Positions 28,152-35,765 are shown, counted from the stretch's first letter. The stretch is 64,000 nucleotides of DNA from Candidatus Bathyarchaeota archaeon (GCA_018397065.1 JAGTRI010000001.1:67994-131993), one strand, 5' to 3'. Notes: generated by a model from the sequence alone, not told the origin. Translations and numbers: made by a program.

Positions 28152-28534
28152 TCGACCCCCCGCTACCATTTTAAAGTTGCAAGTTTTGTTGTAACATTTT
28201 TTTGAGTACTTTTTGTGTGCTTGTTGCTTAGGGGGATGGGGTGTATATAGTCGGATCAGCTTTCTTGACCATCTTGCGCTGTTTTATGGTTTGTGGCTGT
28301 TCCATGCGTGTTATTTTTTCTTGTTTAATAGTTTCTCTGTGGAAACATTGTGGAACTGCTGATCATTGATTGTGCTGAGAACATTCTTAATATGGGTTTA
28401 TGTTTTACTGATGGATTTCTTGTTTCTATAGGCATCTTTGGTTAATTCTTTTCTATTCTGGAATAACGTGTTTGTTTTGATGTACGATAACTGACCGAAA
28501 AATGAAAATATTGGTTATGTTGTTTTAATAAAGG

Positions 28535-28924
28535 TTGGCTGATTTAACCTTGAATCAAGGTAAACAATTTGAAAGCGAGGGGATTAAAAGATATCCTGCA
28601 TTGTTGCCCAGCGATTTTTTTGGGAACAGATTGCTGAAAAAAGAGAGAATCTTAGCCATTTTTTATGCCGACGGGTGTCCGTTTTGCAGAAAGATCTCTC
28701 TCTTTCTGGACGTGTTGAATCCAGGTTTGCAGTATGCGGTTTATCGAGTTGACATGTCAGATGAGGACAATGTGTTGTGGGATTCCTTCGGCATCGAGGT
28801 AGTTCCAACATTGATAGCCTTTGATAAAGGAAAAGAATTTTGGCGGGCGAACGGAATTCCGAAGGTTGGTTTGACTATAGACAATTTTAGAAAAGCTGAT
28901 GCAATACTTAAAGCGAGATCATAA
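28535..28924 (+). CDS. thioredoxin-fold protein (CPFC motif)
   Basis: 'FYADGCPFCRK' and 'VVPTLIAF'. TTG start, 129 aa. Confidence 0.6.
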   Translation: MADLTLNQGKQFESEGIKRYPALLPSDFFGNRLLKKERILAIFYADGCPFCRKISLFLDVLNPGLQYAVYRVDMSDEDNVLWDSFGIEVVPTLIAFDKGKEFWRANGIPKVGLTIDNFRKADAILKARS

Positions 28925-28999
28925 AAATGTTATCGAAAAAACTAGATGCTTTTAGTAAATTTATGCCAATAAGCTTTGTAACATTAGTTCAGCATCGCG

Positions 29000-29635
29000 T
29001 TAGTGTAAAAGGGTTTTAACGATTTTTGCTACTGCTTCGCCTAACGCTTTGTGGGCTTCTTTCTCCAAATGAATCCCATCGATGTCGCTGGATCTGATGA
29101 CGGTCGAGGTGTCGAAGACTTCGCATCCGTGTTCCTTTGCGACAGCCCTGAAGTGTTCAGAGAACTTTCTGGATTTTTCTGTTCCGCCTTCGAACATCTC
29201 GCTGAGAAACGTAAGTTTTCCCAAAGGCGGAGGGATAAGAAGCAGTACCTTCGGTGGTTTTCCGTTTCTGCCACAACCGCTTTTGTTTACGATGTCAACA
29301 AGGACTCCTGCTCCTAAGGCGATGTCTTGGGCTGAGACCGAGAACCTTTTTTTCAAGTCGTTTGTTCCAAGCATAATGATTACAAGGTCGAGAGGCGCGT
29401 GGCTTTCAAGACACGGAACAAGGTAGGCTGCGCCGTTCTTGTGTCGACCTTCAATGGGGTCCTCCCAAACTGTTGTTCTGCCACCTAATCCTTCCTCAAT
29501 TACGTGATATTTGTCGCCGAGAGACTTTTGAAGAATACCTGGCCACCTCTCGTCTCTGTTGAACCTTCCACCTGAAACTGGGTCTGCGCCCCAAGTGTTC
29601 GAATCGCCATAACACAACACCTCAAACATATGCAT
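29000..29635 (-). CDS. SGNH/GDSL-family hydrolase (esterase)
   Basis: Block I 'CYGDSNTWG', block II 'GGRTT', block III 'MLGTND' and block V 'DGIHL'. Confidence 0.8.
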   Translation of the reverse strand: MHMFEVLCYGDSNTWGADPVSGGRFNRDERWPGILQKSLGDKYHVIEEGLGGRTTVWEDPIEGRHKNGAAYLVPCLESHAPLDLVIIMLGTNDLKKRFSVSAQDIALGAGVLVDIVNKSGCGRNGKPPKVLLLIPPPLGKLTFLSEMFEGGTEKSRKFSEHFRAVAKEHGCEVFDTSTVIRSSDIDGIHLEKEAHKALGEAVAKIVKTLLH

Positions 29636-29781
29636 CTACCTTCCATTATGTTTGCGATTTTTACAAAATTATTTGTGCATATATTGTCTTTGGGTTTTTC
29701 TGAATAATGCATATGGAATTAATTATTAAGCCATTTTGAGCTCAACTTAAACATACTTAGGTTTAGCTTACACTATCAACA

Positions 29782-30831
29782 TCAAAAAGGTTCAGAACTT
29801 GAAAGCATATTGTTAATTAAGCTTAAAGCAGTCTCAATATTGTCGTAAAGTACAAGGTAGACTCTCCAATGATCCGGTTTCTCCTTCATCAATGGCTGGT
29901 CAACTGTTATTCCCAACATCCAATTTTTCAGTCTTGCTTCTTTACAAAGTTCCTGTTCGACTGAAGCTAAATTTGACGGGCAAGTTAGTTTACGGGCATC
30001 TCCCTTAAGCTCAACAAATTTTTTGTCTAAGGCAATCTTGTATTTGCCTTGTCTTAATCCTTTTGCCCATTGCGGTAATTTTTTGCATAATAACGTGTAG
30101 GCCTCGCGGTTGGTTAGCCTAAAAAAGTCGGGTGTCAACTCTTCATTGAGGATTCTTAAGGCTCGTCCAAGCATCGTCCAACAAACCATGTTGTGCCTAT
30201 CGTTCCAGACGTAAGAATAGACCTTTTCAAAATCCGCGGCCCACCTTTTTTTAAGACCACTGTCGATGTTTTGGGTTTCACAGTTCAGTGAAAACGAAGA
30301 AGCAATTTCACTAGGAAAATACAGAGGCTCCCCTAAAGGCTTTCCTGGGATACTAGAAATAAACCTGTAAATGTTATCCGCGTTGTCAAGATCTGGAAAC
30401 CCATAAAAAAACTTCGAGAGCTGGTGGCTGCCAGCAAGAACTGAACACACCTCATCTAAGTCAAGTCCGTATTTATCCAGTACTCTTTTATCCTCTTTAG
30501 GGCTGTTCTCGAAGGCAAAACGCACTGCATTTTCATGTGTAAATCCTAGGTGTTCCTTCATCGACTGATCCGAAATGTGTGGGAATGGGCCGTCACCAAC
30601 ATCATGCAAGACCGAAACAGCTGTCAAAAGAAGCCTTTCGTATTTTGTTCCGCCAGAAACAAGCAATGAAAGTTTACCCACGGCAATTGAATGATGAAAT
30701 CTAGATGCAGTAGCAACACGAGGTCCAAGCCAAGCTGGAACAGCAGAGAGAGTTATGTGCTTTAGTCTCTGAACTAAAGAAGCCTTGGAAAGGTCCCGAA
30801 TAAGGTCGCTTTGCGGATTTTGGGTCTTCAT
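29782..30831 (-). CDS. HD-domain phosphohydrolase, SAMHD1/dNTPase-like core with variant motif
   Basis: 'SRFHHSIAVGKL', then 'VLHDVGDGPFPH' (the family norm is HDIGHGPFSH), then 'DLDNADNIYR'. 349 aa. Confidence 0.65.
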   Translation of the reverse strand: MKTQNPQSDLIRDLSKASLVQRLKHITLSAVPAWLGPRVATASRFHHSIAVGKLSLLVSGGTKYERLLLTAVSVLHDVGDGPFPHISDQSMKEHLGFTHENAVRFAFENSPKEDKRVLDKYGLDLDEVCSVLAGSHQLSKFFYGFPDLDNADNIYRFISSIPGKPLGEPLYFPSEIASSFSLNCETQNIDSGLKKRWAADFEKVYSYVWNDRHNMVCWTMLGRALRILNEELTPDFFRLTNREAYTLLCKKLPQWAKGLRQGKYKIALDKKFVELKGDARKLTCPSNLASVEQELCKEARLKNWMLGITVDQPLMKEKPDHWRVYLVLYDNIETALSLINNMLSSSEPF

Positions 30832-30970
30832 TTTTCCCTCAGCTGCACCATAATAACAGTCAAAATCAATGGCACATTATTATTAATATTAATTTATATA
30901 CGGTTTTCACATAATCGCCTTTAAAAGTTGAAAAACATACTATGTTTTCATTGATACGAGGGATAATGAT

Positions 30971-31972
30971 ATGAACAGCAGCTTTACAACCAAAGATAAT
31001 AATCTCATCGAAAAAGTGAAAGTTGCTCTTTTAGGAATGCAAAGATACAATTGGGAGCAAGGGGTCGCAGCGCAGGCGATGCTGGAGCTGGGCGACGACG
31101 AATGGGTTGTTTCTCTGGCAAGAGCAGCTGTAATGAGGCAACAGAACGGAAGATTTTCAGTCATTGGAAACCACGATCCAATAACAGACTCAGCGAGCGT
31201 TGGCGAAGCTGTTTTATACGCAGCTAAAATTACTGGCGATCCACTTTTTAATAAGGCAGCTAACGAGATGCTTCATCTCCTGCTTACATCTGACCATAGA
31301 GCTGAAAACGGAGCGCTTTACCACGTGAACGTGCGGAAAGAAATTTGGGTGGACGCCTACTACATGGCTCCTCCCTTCCTGGCAGCTGCAGGCTACTACG
31401 AAGAGGTGATGAAACAAATAGAATGGTACCGAGAGTTCCTTTGGAACGAAAGTGACAAGCTGTTTTCTCACATTTGGGACGATGAGAAAAAAGAGTTCAA
31501 ACGAAAAGATTATTGGGGAGTTGGAAACGGCTGGGCTGCAGCTGGCATGACGAGGATAATTAGAGCTTTACCAGACGAAATGGCGCAAGAGAAAAAAAGA
31601 CTTGTCAAATACGTTAAAGCAGTTATAGATGGATGCCTAGCCCACATAAGAGAAGACGGATTCTTCCATGATGTTGTTGATAACCCAAAAACCTTTGTGG
31701 AAACAAACCTTGGGCAAATGCTAAGTTACTCAATCTACAGAGGTATTGAGGGAGGCTGGCTAAACAAGTCGTATATAAAATATGCTGAAAAAATGAGGAC
31801 ATCTGCAAGGTCAAAAGTTGACCGATACGGTCTTGTGCAAGACGTCTGCGGCGTACCAGATTTTAACCGACCGTACATAGCTCCTGAAGGGCAAGCCTTC
31901 TTTCTACTTATGGAAGCAGCCGCCAGAGACTATGAATTATGCAAAAAAACCGCAAATAATAAGCGCAATTAA
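30971..31972 (+). CDS. glycosyl hydrolase family 88/105-like (unsaturated glycuronyl hydrolase fold)
   Basis: 'IWVDAYYMAPPFLA' and 'YWGVGNGWAAAGM' resemble YteR/GH105-GH88 signatures. No evident signal peptide. Confidence 0.75.
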   Translation: MNSSFTTKDNNLIEKVKVALLGMQRYNWEQGVAAQAMLELGDDEWVVSLARAAVMRQQNGRFSVIGNHDPITDSASVGEAVLYAAKITGDPLFNKAANEMLHLLLTSDHRAENGALYHVNVRKEIWVDAYYMAPPFLAAAGYYEEVMKQIEWYREFLWNESDKLFSHIWDDEKKEFKRKDYWGVGNGWAAAGMTRIIRALPDEMAQEKKRLVKYVKAVIDGCLAHIREDGFFHDVVDNPKTFVETNLGQMLSYSIYRGIEGGWLNKSYIKYAEKMRTSARSKVDRYGLVQDVCGVPDFNRPYIAPEGQAFFLLMEAAARDYELCKKTANNKRN

Positions 31973-32011
31973 CTGCCTTAAAAAAATGAAAAAGGTTACA
32001 GATGCTTACTT

Positions 32012-33130
32012 TTATCCTATGTCTGCCTCTTTCTTTGCTGTTTCTTTAAGGAATGTAATTATTTGTTTTTCGTCTGGAAATATTTTTGTGGCGTACCATT
32101 CAAAGAACGGGCTAGGTTCATAAGGATAGTAAACGTACACGAATTTCGCCAGGCCCTTGGCTTGAACCATCTCGCATAGAACCCCGGCTGACAATTGTTC
32201 ACGAGGGTGATACGCAACAACATATGAGCTGCTTTCGATGATTTTGTAGTCCATGTCGATGATTTGAGCTCGAAGGCTGTTAATTGCAGCTTCAACGTCC
32301 CATGAGTCCACTTCATATTTTCTTGTTTTGTCAAAGTATTGGATGGAAACAACAATTTTCCTGGGTAAGTCAACGCCTTCAGCCGAAGCCTTGTTACGCA
32401 GCGTCCTCCATGTTTCAACCAGCTCCCAATCCTTAATCATCGAAGGATCAAAAACCGTATAATACGGCTGAAGAGAAGCAACAAACTTCCTGACTTTTTT
32501 GAAAAATTCTGTACCCTCTCCCGTTATAGGGTGGCTGAGATAAACCTTTTTTTTGTGCCTATTGAAAATAAGGTCTTCCAGGAGTCCTACGCCATGTTCT
32601 CTTGCAGCAATATAGAACTCTTTATGCGGAACGAAGCTTCTGGAAAAATTGTACATTCCCGTAATCTCTTCTCTTCGCCATTTGGAAAGCTCGACAAGAG
32701 TGAAGCTGTGTTCGCGCCATTGAATGTCTTTTTTCAGTCTCTCCCGCACCCTAACTAAGTCGTCTACGACAACAATGAAAAGGTCTGGATTCAAAGCTTT
32801 AATCTCGTTCTCTGCCAGTCCCTTATAGGATTTCCCTTTCCACTCAAAATGGTAAGGCGTGCTTATGACGTGGACGCCGTCTTTGTTTCCAATCTCTTTA
32901 ATTATTCTTTCCAGTGACGCCACTCGAAATTTCTCAAACTGCACTGGGTTGCTGTCGTAAAAGTCTAGGACGTTGAGCTTGTTTAACGTGTATCCTTGCT
33001 TCTCAGCTTCCTCAACAAGATACTCGAACAAATGATAATAAAAGAAATCATGCCGGTTTCTAAGTTCCTCAAGATATTCGTCTCTTCCTGAGCCTGGTTG
33101 TCCTGCACAGATTACGACTGTCTTTCCCAT
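32012..33130 (-). CDS. fusion protein: archaeal adenylate-kinase-like P-loop domain (degenerate Walker A) plus TIR / nucleoside 2-deoxyribosyltransferase-like domain
   Basis: N-terminal half: 'VVICAGQPGSGRDEY' and 'VISTPYHFEWKGKSYKGLAENEIKALNPDLFIVVVDD', colinear with AdkA-type kinases as I remember them. C-terminal half: 'KKVYLSHPITGE' and 'IIESSSYVVAYHPREQLSAGVLCEMVQAKGLAKFVYVYYP', the beta-strand / conserved-Glu pattern of the TIR/NDT fold. Confidence 0.5.
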   Translation of the reverse strand: MGKTVVICAGQPGSGRDEYLEELRNRHDFFYYHLFEYLVEEAEKQGYTLNKLNVLDFYDSNPVQFEKFRVASLERIIKEIGNKDGVHVISTPYHFEWKGKSYKGLAENEIKALNPDLFIVVVDDLVRVRERLKKDIQWREHSFTLVELSKWRREEITGMYNFSRSFVPHKEFYIAAREHGVGLLEDLIFNRHKKKVYLSHPITGEGTEFFKKVRKFVASLQPYYTVFDPSMIKDWELVETWRTLRNKASAEGVDLPRKIVVSIQYFDKTRKYEVDSWDVEAAINSLRAQIIDMDYKIIESSSYVVAYHPREQLSAGVLCEMVQAKGLAKFVYVYYPYEPSPFFEWYATKIFPDEKQIITFLKETAKKEADIG

Positions 33131-33286
33131 TTTGCTTAACCTAATATTAATACATAAAATAAGGCTTATTTTATTTGTCTCTTAGAACATTTAATCATAT
33201 GTTTATCAGAAATTTTCGAACTTTCTGGATTGTACCCAGCAAAGCTTATTTAAGTTATTGGCGCATTTTACTTATTTAGGTTATGC

Positions 33287-33997
33287 ATGTTGGGGCTATC
33301 TGCATTGATTGAGGATTTTACTTTAAAACTCAGCCAATTTGAAGAAATGCTACAGAAAATTACCACAAAAATAACAAGCGGCATAATTTCAGAGCGGCTA
33401 GCACCATCCGAAATCTGGAGGGAGTCTGAGGAAGACGTTACCACTTTACGAAATCTCACGGAACAAATAAAAAAATCGATGTTAATAATGAAACCAGAAA
33501 ACAGTCCAACAATCGAAAAAAGATCAGCAGCAGTTCTAGGTCCTTTAAACAAATTTAAGGAGACTCTGTTTAAAAAGGGTGAGCAAAGTCTTAACTCCAA
33601 AGAAGCTTTGGAAGAACTGAGAGGCGTGGTGATTGAAGGTTCAAGTTTTCTCGATTTAGCTAAAGAAGTAAAGAACAACCCATCTGAAGGAATAATGACA
33701 ATCTTAAGGTTAAAAGAAGTTTACGACTCTAAAGAGTACCTTTCCGCAATTCCAGTACCAGAGGTCACCTATATCAGATTGGCAAGCCTCAAAAACGACA
33801 TAGAAAAACTTAAGATTGCCATATCTGGACTTGAACACTCGTTAAACATGCTTAGAACAAACCTTAACAACGTCGTTGAAGAAATCTCAAAGTATAGGGC
33901 ACTTCCACCTGAAAAAACTGAAAGTTCACAAACCGAAACAAAGGTGGACGCTGAAAAAGAATCAGGCACCGAACCTTCTATTGTCTCAAATAGTTAA
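33287..33997 (+). CDS. hypothetical coiled-coil protein with acidic/Ser-rich tail
   Basis: 236 aa, ATG start, K/E/L-rich heptad-like stretches. Chosen over the antisense 136-aa ORF (33268..33678), which has the Ser/Leu-rich composition of a shadow frame. Confidence 0.5.
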   Translation: MLGLSALIEDFTLKLSQFEEMLQKITTKITSGIISERLAPSEIWRESEEDVTTLRNLTEQIKKSMLIMKPENSPTIEKRSAAVLGPLNKFKETLFKKGEQSLNSKEALEELRGVVIEGSSFLDLAKEVKNNPSEGIMTILRLKEVYDSKEYLSAIPVPEVTYIRLASLKNDIEKLKIAISGLEHSLNMLRTNLNNVVEEISKYRALPPEKTESSQTETKVDAEKESGTEPSIVSNS

Positions 33998-34058
33998 AAG
34001 AAACCTTACGTCTATCAATAAAAATTTTCAACATAAAAGCAATGACAAAATTAAAAAG

Positions 34059-34592
34059 CTACTTCTCTCGTGCATGCTTAAGTATGTGTCCAGCTTCCGG
34101 CAAAATTAGGTTTTCAAGAGCTAAAGACACGCTTTGCGGAGAGCCCGGCAAACAAAAAACGGGTTTTCCATAAGCAACTCCAGCAATTGCACGGGTTAAA
34201 AGTGCCGGTGAACCGATTTTTTCGTAACTTAACATACGGAACAGTTGACCAAAACCGGGAAGATCCTTTTCAAGTAAAGGTTGAACAGCCTCAATTGTCA
34301 CGTCTTTTGGTGAGATACCTGTTCCACCTGAAGTAACGACAACGTCAGTTTTACGAGATCTCAAGGCTCTTAGCACAGCGCGTTGAATTTCTTGTTTATC
34401 ATCCGAAACCAACCTTCGCATTGTCACTCTGTGACCGTTGCTTTTGACGATTTGAACAATCAGATCTCCAGATTGGTCACCGTATTTGCCCGTTTTCAAG
34501 TACTCCTCGTAACGGGAGGTGCTGCAAACGATGACTGCGAAGTTCAAGATTTTAGGCACATCAGCCTTATGTTTTGCCGCTGTTTCGCTCAT
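34059..34592 (-). CDS. moaB: molybdenum cofactor biosynthesis protein B (MoaB/MogA family)
   Basis: 'VVTSGGTGISPKDVT' and 'VFCLPGSP' MoCF_biosynth motifs. Confidence 0.8.
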   Translation of the reverse strand: MSETAAKHKADVPKILNFAVIVCSTSRYEEYLKTGKYGDQSGDLIVQIVKSNGHRVTMRRLVSDDKQEIQRAVLRALRSRKTDVVVTSGGTGISPKDVTIEAVQPLLEKDLPGFGQLFRMLSYEKIGSPALLTRAIAGVAYGKPVFCLPGSPQSVSLALENLILPEAGHILKHAREK

Positions 34593-35032
34593 TAAATCGG
34601 CTCCTTAGTTTTTTTCGTAACACGAATGCTATGGATTGCCGTGTATGGGTACTGTCCCGCCTCGTCTTTTTCATATTCTTTCGTCATATCCCAAACTGAC
34701 AGCAAAGCAGCAGCGACAGCTGTTATGGCTTCCATCTCTACTCCTGTCTGCGCCCTTGTTTTCACAGTTGACTCCGCCTCCACCGTGGATTCGTCAGTGA
34801 CCCTCAATTCAACCTCAATGCTTGTTAACGGAAGTGGATGACAAAGCGGAACTATGGAGCCCGTATGCTTTGCAGCTAGTATGCCTGCGATTTTTGCAAC
34901 CTGGAACGGGTCGCCTTTCCTAATTTTGCCTTCCCTGATGAGCTTAACAGTTTCTTTTCTAAGCCGAATTTGCCCTACGGCTGAGGCTTCTCGTACAACC
35001 TCAGGCTTTCCGGTTACGTCAACCATTGACAT
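34592..35032 (-). CDS. moaC: cyclic pyranopterin monophosphate synthase accessory protein MoaC
   Basis: 'MVDVTGKPEV', 'LCHPLPL' and 'QTGVEMEAITA' MoaC signatures. Confidence 0.9.
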   Translation of the reverse strand: MSMVDVTGKPEVVREASAVGQIRLRKETVKLIREGKIRKGDPFQVAKIAGILAAKHTGSIVPLCHPLPLTSIEVELRVTDESTVEAESTVKTRAQTGVEMEAITAVAAALLSVWDMTKEYEKDEAGQYPYTAIHSIRVTKKTKEPI

Positions 35033-35363
35033 TTTGACAATTCTCCTGTATTCTCTGGTCTTAAGATAACGGGATATGTGCTAAACCCTTAATGCCATAA
35101 TTTTCTTATTTCTTCTTGATAATGATTACGTCTCAACCTTTTTCCAGTAGCTCGATTGATAATTCGACTGATGATAGATCTTAGACAAAACGCAAACTGG
35201 TTTACGTATTACCTCATGCAGAAACTCAATTTTGATCTAAACAGCCTAGTTGTCAGCTGCTTTCTCGGTGAACAACTTACGCTTCAGAAAATTTTTGGCA
35301 TACATTGGTTTTCACTGGAGTCTTGATTGTTCAGTTAAAGGCAAGAACTTTAAAGTAGGCGAT

Positions 35364-35391
35364 GTTAACTACCATTTATAGGAGTGTTAAC
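35364..35391 (+). promoter_or_regulatory. TATA-like box bracketed by two TGTTAAC repeats upstream of 35421
   Basis: Palindromic GTTAAC at 35364-35369 and 35386-35391, 16 bp apart, enclosing 'accatttatagg'. A GAGGTGA Shine-Dalgarno-like element follows before the ATG. Confidence 0.4.
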
Positions 35392-35420
35392 AGATTCAGA
35401 ATTAGAGGTGAAGGAAGAAT

Positions 35421-35684
35421 ATGCCTTACATTAAGCCTGAGAGAAGAACTAAATACGCCAAGGTTCTTGAGGAATTAACGGGTATTCTTAAGGCGTTGCC
35501 GCCAGAAGAGGTTGACGGTGAACTCAACTATGTTGTAACACGGATACTCAAAACGGTTTATCCGCTTAGGTATTACCACATCAACAAAGCAATCGGCGTC
35601 CTCGAGTGCATTAAACAAGAGTATTACCGCCGTATAGCAGCTCCCTACGAGGACGAAAAAATAAAGGAAAACGGAGACGTCTAA
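35421..35684 (+). CDS. small conserved hypothetical protein (87 aa)
   Basis: Good ATG and SD context. 'GELNYVVTRIL...AIGVLECIKQEYYRRIAAPYEDEKIKENGDV' resembles a small family I recall from bacterial, archaeal and phage genomes, but I cannot name it with confidence. Confidence 0.55.
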   Translation: MPYIKPERRTKYAKVLEELTGILKALPPEEVDGELNYVVTRILKTVYPLRYYHINKAIGVLECIKQEYYRRIAAPYEDEKIKENGDV

Positions 35685-35765
35685 ACCTCAAAAAGAAAAT
35701 CCGTAGTTAATTCTAGAAGGAAAATCCAGAAGAGCATAGAAAAAAGGAGAGATATTGCGTAGAAT

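Larger units (their letters stand above)
28045..28168 (+). tRNA. initiator tRNA-Met (CAT) with two introns and encoded CCA
   Basis: Hand-folded. Acceptor stem AGCGGGG/CCCCGCT with an A1:U72 pair. D arm GGGT/ACCC. Anticodon stem CTGGG/CCCAG with three G:C pairs next to the loop CTCATAA. T arm GGTCG/CGACC. Discriminator A plus CCA. The stem-loops are interrupted at 28085-28100 and 28123-28151. Confidence 0.85.

Noticed and set aside
28231-28243. 'gggggatggggtg' resembles the 5' end of the tRNA (gcggggtggggta), so it might be an att-site or tRNA-fragment remnant of an integrated element.
   Set aside because: The match covers only about 11 nt of G-rich sequence. It matches the 5' part of the tRNA rather than the 3' part. 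I saw no integrase gene and no second copy of the tRNA 3' end when scanning 28-45 kb for ccccgct-like strings. A computed repeat search would still be worthwhile.
28409-28494. Possible C/D-box sRNA in the tRNA-downstream spacer (TGATGG at 28409, TGATGT at 28478, CTGA at 28491).
   Set aside because: The boxes deviate from RUGAUGA. The C'-to-D spacing is only about 7 nt, too short for a guide. The whole unit would be about 86 nt, longer than typical archaeal C/D sRNAs. There is no terminal stem.
35165-35230. A perfect TGATGA (35169-35174) in the moaC upstream gap that might be a C box.
   Set aside because: No CUGA D or D' box follows at guide-length spacing on either strand, and there is no kink-turn-compatible partner.
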